64,000 nt of DNA from Limnochordia bacterium (lineage in GTDB: Bacteria > Bacillota > Limnochordia > DTU080). The translations under genes were made by a program, and so were the position numbers. Positions 41,379 to 51,009 of this stretch are shown here, in pieces. The first letter of the stretch is position 1, and every line of letters begins with the position of its first letter. Location: NCBI GenBank assembly GCA_050951545.1, contig JBMNJG010000012.1, positions 128,001 through 192,000 on the forward strand, in the 5' to 3' direction. Below the pieces are notes generated by a model, which did no database searches, was not told the origin of the DNA, and worked only from the letters and a program-made list of their open reading frames with translations.

Positions 41379-41499
41379 TGCCGCTCCACTTCCTCAACCA
41401 TTGCAGGATGTTGCGCTTGTAGCAAAAAAGCACCGTAGCGCAGACACGGTGCCTTTCGGGCAGTCACCAGCTATGGCGTGGCCGCGATGCCGTTGCCAT

Positions 41500-41703
41500 T
41501 TACTGGGACGTTTCCGTTCTTTTTTTGCTACTAATCTCGAGCACTTGCCTCCCCGCATACGTACCACACTTGCCACATACGCGGTGGGGAAGTCTAGGTT
41601 CGTGACAACGTGAACACTCAACGGTTTGAGCAGCCACCGCCGACCAAGTTGATCTGCGTAACCTAGTGCGCGACTTTGACTGACGTCTCTTCGGATTGGC
41701 CAT
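41500..41703 (-). CDS. rpmF: 50S ribosomal protein L32
   Basis: MANPKRRQSKSR, C..C....PHRVC..CG.Y. Confidence 0.95.
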   Translation of the reverse strand: MANPKRRQSKSRTRLRRSTWSAVAAQTVECSRCHEPRLPHRVCGKCGTYAGRQVLEISSKKRTETSQ

Positions 41704-41716
41704 GCGCGTACTCCTT

Positions 41717-42280
41717 TCAAGCATCCCCCGAATCGGTGTCGTGTTCATCATCAAGCAGGCGAGCGAGCTGAGCCAAACGGGGGTCAATGGTGTCATGCTG
41801 GCAGGCGCAATCGCCGCTATTGAGTTCCTTGCCACAAGTGGAGCAAAGGCCTAAGCAATTGGCCATGCACAGCGCTTTCGAAGGCAATGCAAGCAACAGC
41901 TGTTCGCGCACCGCCTCCGTGATATCTACTACATCACCATGAAACACGCTCACTTCGGCGAACTGGTTGTCAACTTCACGACCCAGGTCACCGCCATCGT
42001 TATCTTGGCTGGTAGCTGGGAGGTACTCCTCTTCAAGTGAAGCGACTAGGTGGTGACGAAAACGTCGTAAGCAGCGATCACACTGCAACTCCAAGTCTGT
42101 GCTGACTTCGCCGCGCACCAGAAATCCAGGCCCTGTACCTGTTATCGTGGCCTCAATGTCCAGCGGCGAGCATTGCGTTACAGACTCATCCCACTCCAGC
42201 CCTGCCAACGTGGTGACAGAGAAACGGATCTCTCGGCTTGCCCCAGGATCACCCTTCAATGAGCTTATGTTGATTAGCAT
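41717..42280 (-). CDS. DUF177/YceD 23S rRNA accumulation protein
   Basis: CDRCL, ALP.K.LC..NC.GLC..CG..LN, DPR; immediately upstream of rpmF. Confidence 0.9.
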   Translation of the reverse strand: MLINISSLKGDPGASREIRFSVTTLAGLEWDESVTQCSPLDIEATITGTGPGFLVRGEVSTDLELQCDRCLRRFRHHLVASLEEEYLPATSQDNDGGDLGREVDNQFAEVSVFHGDVVDITEAVREQLLLALPSKALCMANCLGLCSTCGKELNSGDCACQHDTIDPRLAQLARLLDDEHDTDSGDA

Positions 42281-42377
42281 GATCTCACCCCGCCATTATA
42301 GCTACGTGCAATCGCCTCTGTCAAGCAATATGCCCCTAGACGCCTCTCGGTACCAGAGACCAGTAACGCCAAGCCGT

Positions 42378-43331
42378 TCACTCGGTAGTAGTGACCGTGG
42401 CGCTGCTGAAAGCCCGTACGGCGGCTTGAATGGCAGCTTGGTGATCGGGATCGACACGTCCGGTCCTGTGGACTCGGCTGTCTGCGAAGTGAATACAGAA
42501 GTGGCCACCAAAGTCGTTGGACGTGATGGACCCCTTGCCATGAGGGAAACCGTTCATCGAGGCAGCGATACGCCGACCAGCCACTTCTACGACAATCGCA
42601 CGTCGCAGCCAACTCCATTGACCATACACACTCTTCATCACAGCAGTGTCCTCGGCGGTCAGAGGCTCGACGTCCGCGTGCAAGTGCCCGTAGTAACGTC
42701 TGACGCGGAACGATTTTCCCGTCTTCACATCGATGATCCGAGCCACTGTATTGTGAGGGAAAATGCGCTGCACTTCGCTCCAGCTAAGAGCCTGAGGTAC
42801 GAGGCGCTCTCTTGCTGCGCGTGCCTTGGCTGCAGTTTCGGGTGTCGCCGAGCTGGTCTGCGGTGGACTTGCCTCAGACGCTGGAATAGGGACCACCAAT
42901 CTCTGCCCCGGTCTGATCTTGTCCGCATCGCGCAGACCATTGGCTCTTGCAAGCATCTCAACGCTGATGCCATAGTGTCGGGCTAAGCTCCAGAGGGTGT
43001 CGCCACTGCGTACCTCATATGTGCAGTGGGAACGCGCAGAGAGCACCTGTCGTAGCTTGTGCCAGGTTTGTTCGCCTACAGCTCCGTCGACGACTAAGGC
43101 GCTGTCCTGCTGAAACTGACGGACTGCCTTTAGTGTACGGGCCTCAAACATCCCGGTGGGGGCCATCTGCAGAAAACCCAACTGAAAAAGCGAGAGCTGG
43201 AGCTCCCACACAGCATCTCCCTGCGCACCCTCCTTGAGAAGGACAGATGCCGCGTCACATAACCGGGGAATGCACATGAACACAATGATGAGTGTTAGGG
43301 CAATGTAGCGTTTGTACCACAACGTTATCAC
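42378..43331 (-). CDS. Secreted peptidoglycan-binding + LysM protein with C-terminal H-x-C-x-H domain
   Basis: Signal peptide; PG_binding_1 (LKEG..GD.V..LQ..L..LG, AVRQFQ, VDG.VG); LysM (YEVRSGDTLWSLA); HAD.EP, WSW.RR, ASMNG.PHG, GHFCIHF. Confidence 0.85.
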   Translation of the reverse strand: MITLWYKRYIALTLIIVFMCIPRLCDAASVLLKEGAQGDAVWELQLSLFQLGFLQMAPTGMFEARTLKAVRQFQQDSALVVDGAVGEQTWHKLRQVLSARSHCTYEVRSGDTLWSLARHYGISVEMLARANGLRDADKIRPGQRLVVPIPASEASPPQTSSATPETAAKARAARERLVPQALSWSEVQRIFPHNTVARIIDVKTGKSFRVRRYYGHLHADVEPLTAEDTAVMKSVYGQWSWLRRAIVVEVAGRRIAASMNGFPHGKGSITSNDFGGHFCIHFADSRVHRTGRVDPDHQAAIQAAVRAFSSATVTTTE

Positions 43332-43390
43332 CTACCAAAATGCTTGCGTGCATCTTACGACTATTTCTGCAGTTTATTCGAGGTGTTCCG

Positions 43391-44107
43391 CTATGTTCCC
43401 TGTCGCCGATTCCGGGTTTTCCCCAAGATAGCCAATCTCGGTCCCCAAGCCCGTCCAAGACGTTCCCCGGTGGAAAACCACGCGCCCACATCATGTTCTT
43501 GGCCCGGCTGAATCTCGATATCGACTGTTAGTTCGGCTCGACCGTCCAACCTATGAGCGGCTATCTGGATCAGGGTTTCAGCGAGAGTGGCCCCAGTTCT
43601 CGCGTGCCTGTCTGCGCGTACCGCAACCACAGGCCTCCCAAACACACGCGCTGCGATGCTTACGGGAATGCCAAATACAGAACCATCAGAAAGGTCGCGT
43701 TGGTTCACCTTCACCATGCATGGACCACTGCTGGACCAAAGGCTCAAGGCAGCGACAGGAGCTGCCTCACCCGTGGTAAGAACCACGGGTTGACCCCTCT
43801 TTACATCGCAGGCGACTACAGCGAGATTCATTGGGCTGCTTTCCAGGCGCGCTTCGTGTAGCAGCGTAGCCATTGCTCCGTACACGGCCTGTTCATTGGG
43901 AACAAGACCTGATGTTTCAAGCTGGCTCCACACACGTACGGAAAAATCAGGATTGTTCACATTGGCGGCCAGTAGAGATGGGAACACGCTGGCGCCGCAG
44001 GCACAGACTCCGCCTACAGGTATTTTTTGTCGCTGAAGCGCGAACAGGAAGCCAGCGTAGGCTGCCCCCTCGCCGCCTCCTGTACCCATGGCCAATGTGA
44101 TACTCAC
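43391..44107 (-). CDS. Degenerate patatin-like protein
   Basis: LAMG.GG..G.A..G.L.AL glycine-rich loop, L.VVA.D...G, DG; the GxSxG motif is replaced by ACGAS. Confidence 0.6.
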   Translation of the reverse strand: MSITLAMGTGGGEGAAYAGFLFALQRQKIPVGGVCACGASVFPSLLAANVNNPDFSVRVWSQLETSGLVPNEQAVYGAMATLLHEARLESSPMNLAVVACDVKRGQPVVLTTGEAAPVAALSLWSSSGPCMVKVNQRDLSDGSVFGIPVSIAARVFGRPVVAVRADRHARTGATLAETLIQIAAHRLDGRAELTVDIEIQPGQEHDVGAWFSTGERLGRAWGPRLAILGKTRNRRQGT

Positions 44108-44125
44108 CTGTATTGGCCCACCCCT

Positions 44126-44587
44126 TTAGTGACTAGCCGCTCGCTGAAGCTCTTCACGGCCGCGGCGCACTACCTTCTGTACCTTATCGAGGTGTTCTTC
44201 CAGATTGGCCAGTACGAAGTCAGCGTACTGATCCGCTCCGACCTCGGTTTCTCGCGCCTTGCTCTCGGCCTCTTCCAGAAGGCGCACCGCTTCTTCCTTA
44301 GCTTTTTTCACTAGCTCGGATTCGCTGACCATCTTGGCCACATACGCTTCAGCCTCTTGGACCATTCGCTCCGCCTCGGCTTGGCTCTCCGCGAGCACGC
44401 GGTCTTTCTCGGAGGTAAGCCATTCGGCACGCTTTACCTCTTCAGGAATAGCGTTGCGAATCTTGTCCACCAGATCAAGAGCCGTCTCTGCGTCGACAAG
44501 CGCCTTGCTAGTAAGCGGGATTTCCGGGGCCGAATCAATAAGCTGATCTAGCCGGTCAAGTAGAATGATGAGATTCATCCGGTTCAT
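44126..44587 (-). CDS. Coiled-coil protein (ATP synthase subunit H/DivIVA-like) commonly found after coaD
   Basis: L..L..LI....IP....LVD, IP.E...A, A..YAD..L, GR.EL. Confidence 0.8.
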   Translation of the reverse strand: MNRMNLIILLDRLDQLIDSAPEIPLTSKALVDAETALDLVDKIRNAIPEEVKRAEWLTSEKDRVLAESQAEAERMVQEAEAYVAKMVSESELVKKAKEEAVRLLEEAESKARETEVGADQYADFVLANLEEHLDKVQKVVRRGREELQRAASH

Positions 44588-44661
44588 GGATTCGCACAGC
44601 GGCGATTCGTCGACACGCCACTGTTACCTCCTCTACAGATTCTTCAGCGCGTAGGGTCATT

Positions 44662-45156
44662 CTACGTTGGGCTGTCCAGTCGGTATCTTTGAGCTATGCG
44701 GTGGGCCACGCAACGGGGGACCCAGCCATCAATTCTGCCACCTAACTGAGCGACCTCCCTAACGATACTGGAACTGATGAAGGAGTACTGATGGCTCGTC
44801 ATCAGGAAGACAGTCTCTATTTCATTGGCAAGATGACGATTAGCTTCAGCCAGCTTGAGTTCATACTCGAAGTCGGACACCGCCCGCAGCCCGCGCACGA
44901 TGGCCTGAGCCCCGCGGCGCCGAGCGTACTCTACAGCCAAACCTTCGAAGCTTTCACAGTAGGCATTGGGCAAGTCAGAGGTTGACTCACGGAGCATCTC
45001 CACGCGCTCGTGCCACGAGAAAAACGAGTCACGCTTGCTCGAGTTACTGAGAACGGCCACATAGAGCTTGTCAAAAAGCCTCGCCGCCCGAGTAATGATA
45101 TCCAAATGTCCTAGAGTTACCGGGTCAAAACTACCCGGGTAAACGGCGATTCTCAA
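44662..45156 (-). CDS. coaD: Pantetheine-phosphate adenylyltransferase
   Basis: YPGSFDPVT.GH, RGLR..SDFEYE, ISSS.VRE. Confidence 0.97.
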   Translation of the reverse strand: MRIAVYPGSFDPVTLGHLDIITRAARLFDKLYVAVLSNSSKRDSFFSWHERVEMLRESTSDLPNAYCESFEGLAVEYARRRGAQAIVRGLRAVSDFEYELKLAEANRHLANEIETVFLMTSHQYSFISSSIVREVAQLGGRIDGWVPRCVAHRIAQRYRLDSPT

Positions 45157-45182
45157 TCGTCTTCTTCCCCTTCGCATGTTGG

Positions 45183-45743
45183 TCAGTGCTCACTGCAGGA
45201 TCTCAGGAACGTCACGATGGTATCTCCATACGCTTCCTCTCGGATACAAGGCAGATTCGCTATAGCGGTGGGTACCTCCTCTTTGAATGTGTGTTCTACG
45301 ACAACCAATGCGTTCAAGCTGAGGAGGGGGTGCTTCACGAGGCCCTGTAGAGTGGGCGCGACCAGGCCTTTCTCATAGGGGGGATCCATGAAAACAAGAT
45401 CAAAAATCCTTTTTTCCGTGGCCAGTAGGTGCAGAGCTCGTTTGACTGGCATACCCAGGACCCGCGCCCGATGCGTTAGGGAAGTCTTCTCAAGGTTCTT
45501 CCGAATGCAGGCCAACGCTTGCGGATGATTGTCCACGAGAACTGCTCGCCCTGCCCCTCGGCTAAGGGCCTCTATGGCAAGACTCCCGCTTCCAGCGAAT
45601 AGGTCGAGCACTTGGGCGTCAGCCAGACTACCAGAGATAATGGCAAATACGGACTCCTTTACCCTATCCGCTGTCGGTCTCGAGGTGCCCCCGCGTGGTA
45701 CCTGCAGAATATGTCGTTTCTTTTCCCCAGCTATGACTCGCAA
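45183..45743 (-). CDS. rsmD: 16S rRNA (guanine966-N2)-methyltransferase RsmD
   Basis: RVIAG, RPT.DRVKES.F, LDLFAGSG, EALSRGA, DPPY. Confidence 0.95.
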   Translation of the reverse strand: MRVIAGEKKRHILQVPRGGTSRPTADRVKESVFAIISGSLADAQVLDLFAGSGSLAIEALSRGAGRAVLVDNHPQALACIRKNLEKTSLTHRARVLGMPVKRALHLLATEKRIFDLVFMDPPYEKGLVAPTLQGLVKHPLLSLNALVVVEHTFKEEVPTAIANLPCIREEAYGDTIVTFLRSCSEH

Positions 45744-45762
45744 TGTTCTGACGCCCCCTTCC

Positions 45763-47832
45763 CTATATGCACGAGGGATATCGCGCCGTGAGTCTCTCTT
45801 GCAGCGCTGCGTTTTCGGGCGACTGCAACGCAGGGTCCTCTTGCAGTAGTATCCGGGCATCTTCAGTGGCGGCGTTCATCAGAGCCAAATCAGCGGGAAA
45901 CTCAGCAAATTGGAACTCACCATAGCCCGACTGGCGCAGTCCTAGAAGCTCACCGGGTCCGCGCAAGAGCAAGTCCTGTTCCGCCAGTCTGAACCCGTCC
46001 AGCGTATTGCAGAAGGCCTTGAGTCGTTGTGCTGCGAGAGGGGAGGTAGCAGTAGCGACCGCGATGCAATACGATTGGTGAGCTCCCCTACCCACTCTGC
46101 CTCGCAGTTGGTGCAGTTGGGCCAGGCCAAACATCTCGGCTCCTTCGATGACCATGACAGTTGCATTCGGTACGTCAACTCCCACCTCCACCACCGTCGT
46201 ACAGATGAGAACGTCTATTCCACCTTGCTGGAAGGCGGTCATTACCCTCTCTTGCTCGCGTATGGGCATCTGTCCATGTACAAGGCCAACATGAAGGCCA
46301 GCGAGAGGGCCAGACGCGAGTTCTTTGTAGGCGACTGCTGCTGACAGAGTATGCCCAGTAGTCGCCTTCCCGTCTCTGTCATCATCAGCGAGGTCCTCCG
46401 CTTCGATGCGGGGAAAAACCATGTATGCCTGTCGCCCTTCGCACACTTGCTTGCGCAGAAAGCTGTACAGTTGGTCTCTTCTTTCCGGCGCAACCCATCT
46501 TGTAATCACAGTAGAGCGGCCCGCAGGGGGAGCAGGGATGATAGACACATCCAAGTCCTGCCAGAGGACTAAGGCAAGCGAACGTGGGATAGGCGTAGCA
46601 CTGAGGTACAGTGAATGAACAGGCCACTGCGTAGCGAGGCTCGCTCTTTGCTCTACACCAAAGCGTTGCTGCTCATCCACAATCAGCAGACCTAGGCTAG
46701 CGAATTCAGTCGCCAAAATGGCGTGTGTCCCAATGACCATGTCTACCTGGCCCAGCGCTACGCGCTTCTTGACTTGGCTCTCATTGCTATCACCTAAGAG
46801 TAACCCGACCCGCACTCCTGCCGCAGAAAGAAGACCCTGCCAGCGTGTATAGTGCTGTTCGGCCAGCAGACGCGTTGGAACTAGGAATGCCACTTGCTTG
46901 GCGTTCTCTACCGCCTTGACGGCGGCATACATGGCCACTACCGTCTTACCTGCACCCACATCGCCGTGAACAAGACGATGCATCACTGTGCTTTTCTGCA
47001 TATCAGCCCGAATGTCAGCGATGGCTTCTCTCTGGCCTGATGTCAGCTCGTAGGGAAGTGATGCCAGGAAAGACTGGGATTCTGGCCCATCATCAGCGCA
47101 TGGCACGACAGATCTGCGCTGGTGCATACGCTTGCGCCGTTCCATGGCGATGACTGCGAGCAAGAGCTCCTCATAGACCAGGCGACGGCGAGCTTGAACA
47201 GCCTCCGCAGGATGGTTTGGATAGTGCAATCCTCGCAGGGAGTCTGCTAGGGTGGGCAACTGGCGTCTACAGCGTATGCTTCTGGGAATGGAATCATCAA
47301 GCTGAGTCGCCGCGTCCAGTGCGAGGGCTGTCCACTTGCGCATCTGACTCTGGTGCAGACCAGCTACCAGCGGGTAAACTGGCACAATCTGACCAGCTGT
47401 TCCAGTGCCTGATGGAAGCAGCGGATGAACTATCTGTAACCCGCTAGGACCGCGTGATACGGTACCCGCTGCGACCACTCGTTCACCTCGTCGAACAGGC
47501 ACGCGTGCCTGGTCTGCCGCAGGTAGGAACCAGACCAAAAGCAGCTGGCCATCTTCGGCTTCGAGTGTTGCTTCGTGAAGCCACACGCGTCGACGTCGCG
47601 TGGCGCGCGTACGGACAGACGAGATGCGTCCTGATACGGTGACCTGGTCACCAGGATGCAGAGCAGCTGGTTGTGCCACACGGCGATAATCTAGGTAGCG
47701 ACGAGGCTGCAACAGCAAGAGATCACGGACGGTGCTAACCCCTAACTGTGCTAGATAACGAGCCCTGGTTGGACCTATGCCCGATATAGCCGTAACTGAT
47801 TCGTCGATATTCACAGATATCCTTCTTGCCAT
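45763..47832 (-). CDS. recG: ATP-dependent DNA helicase RecG
   Basis: GDVGAGKT, DEQ.RFGV.QR, SATPIPR, QLHQLRGRVGRG, RGPGE..G.RQSG. Confidence 0.96.
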   Translation of the reverse strand: MARRISVNIDESVTAISGIGPTRARYLAQLGVSTVRDLLLLQPRRYLDYRRVAQPAALHPGDQVTVSGRISSVRTRATRRRRVWLHEATLEAEDGQLLLVWFLPAADQARVPVRRGERVVAAGTVSRGPSGLQIVHPLLPSGTGTAGQIVPVYPLVAGLHQSQMRKWTALALDAATQLDDSIPRSIRCRRQLPTLADSLRGLHYPNHPAEAVQARRRLVYEELLLAVIAMERRKRMHQRRSVVPCADDGPESQSFLASLPYELTSGQREAIADIRADMQKSTVMHRLVHGDVGAGKTVVAMYAAVKAVENAKQVAFLVPTRLLAEQHYTRWQGLLSAAGVRVGLLLGDSNESQVKKRVALGQVDMVIGTHAILATEFASLGLLIVDEQQRFGVEQRASLATQWPVHSLYLSATPIPRSLALVLWQDLDVSIIPAPPAGRSTVITRWVAPERRDQLYSFLRKQVCEGRQAYMVFPRIEAEDLADDDRDGKATTGHTLSAAVAYKELASGPLAGLHVGLVHGQMPIREQERVMTAFQQGGIDVLICTTVVEVGVDVPNATVMVIEGAEMFGLAQLHQLRGRVGRGAHQSYCIAVATATSPLAAQRLKAFCNTLDGFRLAEQDLLLRGPGELLGLRQSGYGEFQFAEFPADLALMNAATEDARILLQEDPALQSPENAALQERLTARYPSCI

Positions 47833-47859
47833 GATCTACAGTCGCTTTCAGGCACGGCT

Positions 47860-48705
47860 TCAGGAAAGCCTAGCGAAGACAGTGCCAACGGTACCGGGGC
47901 CTGCGTGGGTGCTGATTGTGGCGCCAAACGGTGCTCGTATGATCTCCACCGATGGGATGCGTTGTCGCACGCGAGTCTCGATCTCGTCGGCGAGCTCTGA
48001 CTGATCGGCATCGAGGATAGCACATATGTAGGACTGGTCTTCTTTCACGTCGGTGAGAGTGAGCTCAACGAGTCTTTCTAAGGCTCTGGGCAAGCCTCGT
48101 AGGCGGTCTGCAGCGCCTACCATCCCATCGTCGATGCACAGCACTGGTTTGATACTCAGCATACTACCCACGAGCGCTTGTGCCCGCCCGATACGGCCAT
48201 GGCGGGCTAGGTGTTCTAGAGAGTCCACCAGAAAGAAGATGCGGGTTCCCGCAATCAGTCTCTCGCTTTTCGCCCTAATCTCTTCCGCTGAGGCCCCCTT
48301 GGCTGCCCAGCGCGCCCCAATGATAGCGGGCAGACCGATTCCCAGTGATGCCAACCCAGTGTCAATCACATGGATCTGGCGGTCTGACAGCTGCCGTGAG
48401 GCGAGTTTTGCTGACTGGTAGGTTCCGCTGAGCTTGCTTGACAAGTGAAATGAAAAGAGGGTATCCCCAGGTTCGGAGTGCGTTTCGTATGCAGTGAGAA
48501 ACTCGCCGGGAGAGGGTTGCGAAGTGCTTGGCGGATTAGCCGACGTTCTCAGTTCGCGTAGAAACGCCTCAGGAGACAGATCGATGCCGTCTTTGAAGGT
48601 GCGATTGCCAAAATGGATGCTCAGGGGTACTACCGCAACACCAAGCGCGCGGGCAATATCCTCCGGCACATCTGCGGCTGAATCTACGACAAAGCGGATA
48701 GCCAA
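47860..48705 (-). CDS. DegV family fatty acid-binding protein (FakB)
   Basis: DS.AD, TSQPSPG, SS.LSGTY.SA, GRI, IKP, H.GPG. Confidence 0.93.
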   Translation of the reverse strand: MAIRFVVDSAADVPEDIARALGVAVVPLSIHFGNRTFKDGIDLSPEAFLRELRTSANPPSTSQPSPGEFLTAYETHSEPGDTLFSFHLSSKLSGTYQSAKLASRQLSDRQIHVIDTGLASLGIGLPAIIGARWAAKGASAEEIRAKSERLIAGTRIFFLVDSLEHLARHGRIGRAQALVGSMLSIKPVLCIDDGMVGAADRLRGLPRALERLVELTLTDVKEDQSYICAILDADQSELADEIETRVRQRIPSVEIIRAPFGATISTHAGPGTVGTVFARLS

Positions 48706-48720
48706 AGAACGCCTTCCTTT

Positions 48721-50391
48721 CTATTCTACAGACAGCAGGTACGCGTAGACGGGCTGTCCCCCTCGATAGACCTCCACTTCCAGGTCGAGGCCATCTTGCA
48801 CCAGCTGTGCTACATGGTTCGCTTCTTCCACCTCGACGTCTTCGCCATAGTAGATCGTGGCCAGCGAGCTATCCTCTTTCATCAGTGAGGCAATAAGCTG
48901 ATGGACTACTTCCTGACGGTCGAGAGCCGTGACCAGGATCTTGCCGTCGCTAATCCCCAGATAGTCCCCTGCTCGCACATCGATGGATTCCACTCGGGCA
49001 TCTCTCACTGCCTTTGTGATCTCTCCGCAAGCGATACCGCCTATCGCGGCTTCCATCTGCTTAGCATTCTCCGCGAGGCTAGCGTCTGGCGAGAATCGAA
49101 GAAGGGCAGCAACCCCCTGGCAGAAGGAGCGAGTGGGAACTACAGTAACAGGGATAGACGCCAAGTGGCCTGCCTGTCGAGCTGACATAAGCACGTTCTT
49201 GTTATTTGGCAGCACGAGAGCGGCCTTGGCCCCGCTGTTCTGGATGGCCGTCAAGACCTCTTGGGTGCTGGGGTTCATGGTTTGTCCGCCCTCAACAACC
49301 GCTGTGGCTCCAAGGCTCTTGAGGAGCTCGACACAGCCAGCTCCGCTAGCCACCGTTACGACAGCGATCTCGACAGGCACACGAGCCTCTTCATCGACGG
49401 AAAGGCCCATTCTTGCTGGGACGCGTTTTTCAGCAGCCAGACGGCTCTGCTCTTCCATGTTATCAATGTGGATGTTTAGCAGCTGGCCGCGAACTCCACA
49501 CAATTCGAGTACCAGTCCAGGATGATTCGTGTGAATATGGACCTTGACCAGCTCATCCTTGCCCACAATCAGGAGACTGTCCCCAAGATCCGAAAGATCC
49601 TGTTTCATTCCTCGCCTGTCGATCCCATCGCCCCGGACGACGAACTCGGTGCAGTAGCGATACGTGATCTCCTCGTCGAGGCTGTTAGAGGAAGCCTCTA
49701 GAGCCTCAGTCGCCTGACCATCTCGAACCAAGTTTGATGGTCTGGTTGGTGTGGTTATCGAGGCAGGCGTTGCTGGCTGCTTGCCGTTCAACACCTCATA
49801 GGCTCCACGAGCCGCCACGACCAAGCCTTCTCCTCCGGCATCAACCACGCCGGCTTCGCGCAAGGCGAGCAGGAGATTTGGCGTATCGGCGAGCGTTTCA
49901 GCGGCGGCAAGCAGAGCTCCCTCTAGGACAGACTGCAGATCGCCACCTGTTTCGGCGATCCGTACTGCCTCGTTTGCAGCTTCCCTGCCGACCGTGAGGA
50001 CCGTGCCCTCCACCGGACGCACTACGGCCCCGTAGGCCGCTTGTGCAGCGGAGGCGAAGGCCTGGGCCAGCTCCATCGGCGTAGCCGTGGTTCGCGCGCC
50101 AATAGCATCAGCAAAGCCCCGAATGAATTGAGACAGGATAACCCCCGAATTTCCTCGGGCGCCCATCAAGGCACCGTGTGCTGCAGATTCTGCCAGCTCG
50201 CCCAGCGAGTCGCTTTCGGACTGAAGGACCGCCTCGGTGGCTGCCCATAGGGTGAGTGCCATGTTGGTACCCGTGTCGCCGTCTGGGACTGGGAAGACGT
50301 TAAGGGCATCTACTCGGGCTTTTTCCGCCTCCAACTGCACCGCGGCGGAGTGAGCCATAGTTCGAAACATTTCTGCTGTTAGTTTCTCCAC
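48721..50391 (-). CDS. DAK2-domain fatty acid kinase subunit A (YloV/FakA)
   Basis: LNVFPVPDGDTGTNM, GARGNSGVILSQ, VVDAGG, YCTEF, KVHIH, GGQTMNPS, GGQP.Y. Confidence 0.95.
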   Translation of the reverse strand: MEKLTAEMFRTMAHSAAVQLEAEKARVDALNVFPVPDGDTGTNMALTLWAATEAVLQSESDSLGELAESAAHGALMGARGNSGVILSQFIRGFADAIGARTTATPMELAQAFASAAQAAYGAVVRPVEGTVLTVGREAANEAVRIAETGGDLQSVLEGALLAAAETLADTPNLLLALREAGVVDAGGEGLVVAARGAYEVLNGKQPATPASITTPTRPSNLVRDGQATEALEASSNSLDEEITYRYCTEFVVRGDGIDRRGMKQDLSDLGDSLLIVGKDELVKVHIHTNHPGLVLELCGVRGQLLNIHIDNMEEQSRLAAEKRVPARMGLSVDEEARVPVEIAVVTVASGAGCVELLKSLGATAVVEGGQTMNPSTQEVLTAIQNSGAKAALVLPNNKNVLMSARQAGHLASIPVTVVPTRSFCQGVAALLRFSPDASLAENAKQMEAAIGGIACGEITKAVRDARVESIDVRAGDYLGISDGKILVTALDRQEVVHQLIASLMKEDSSLATIYYGEDVEVEEANHVAQLVQDGLDLEVEVYRGGQPVYAYLLSVE

Positions 50392-50423
50392 TTGATCACC
50401 TAGACGCATGAAATGCTGGTAAC

Positions 50424-50451
50424 ATTCGGTGAAGGGGGGCCATAATCCTCT
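50424..50451 (-). promoter_or_regulatory. Putative sigma-H promoter of the DAK2 operon
   Basis: AGAGGA-18bp-GAAT matches the sigma-H consensus AGGA...GAAT. Confidence 0.5.
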
Positions 50452-50560
50452 GTGGGAATCACCTATCGCCCTAGACTAGGGTTACGGCACGTGCTAAGAT
50501 TAAATGGATGTACCTACGTAACAGATCTGAAAGCAATGTCAATCTGGGAGGACACATCTC

Positions 50561-50752
50561 ATGGCAAGGCAGTGCGTCATCTGTGACAAACAGACAGTCA
50601 CCGGAAATCGCGTGAGCCACTCCAATCGCCGAAACCGCCGCGTCTGGCAGGCGAATCTGCAGCGTGTGCGCATCATGCGCGATGGCACCCCTCAACGGGT
50701 TCACGTATGCACAAAATGCTTGAAATCCGGAAGGGTGGTTCGTGCTATATAA
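50561..50752 (+). CDS. rpmB: 50S ribosomal protein L28
   Basis: MARQC.IC.K...GNRVSHS..R.RR.W..NLQ, VCTKCLKSG. Confidence 0.97.
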   Translation: MARQCVICDKQTVTGNRVSHSNRRNRRVWQANLQRVRIMRDGTPQRVHVCTKCLKSGRVVRAI

Positions 50753-50780
50753 TATGCCGCCGCGGCAAAATCATTACTTC

Positions 50781-50828
50781 GGAAATGTCTAGGAGGCAGC
50801 CATTAGGGGCTGCCTCCTAGACATTTCC
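50781..50828. terminator. Perfect 21-bp inverted repeat (probably a bidirectional terminator)
   Basis: GGAAATGTCTAGGAGGCAGCC-attagg-GGCTGCCTCCTAGACATTTCC after rpmB; no U-tract. Confidence 0.65.
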
Positions 50829-51003
50829 CGCCCGCGGGCCATTGCCCTATCCTTGCTCCAGTGCCATCTACACCAGCCATGCCCGTGAGGGAAGAATATG
50901 TTATTTTTTGACAGTCGTTGCCGACTGCGAGGAGTCTCTGACCAGACTCCCTGGATCGGTGTTCTCACCTCCTTGCAGTAGCATTATCGGCCCACGGCGC
51001 AGC
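50781..51003 (-). ncRNA. Candidate sRNA of about 220 nt with a perfect SD-like motif and two hairpins
   Basis: Own TTGACA-17-TATGCT promoter; AAGGAGGTGA; stems GGAGTCT/AGACTCC and CAGTCG-GCAA-CGACTG; ends at the 21-bp hairpin. Confidence 0.45.
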
Positions 51004-51009
51004 ACCGTC

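Noticed and set aside
41394-41720. 108-aa ORF between rpmF and plsX as fapR
   Set aside because: It is an alternative frame over rpmF with no FapR HTH or thioesterase features; fapR is simply absent here.
42099-42986. 295-aa plus-strand ORF
   Set aside because: Antisense to the well-supported DUF177 and LysM genes, with no recognisable motifs; a shadow ORF of GC-rich DNA.
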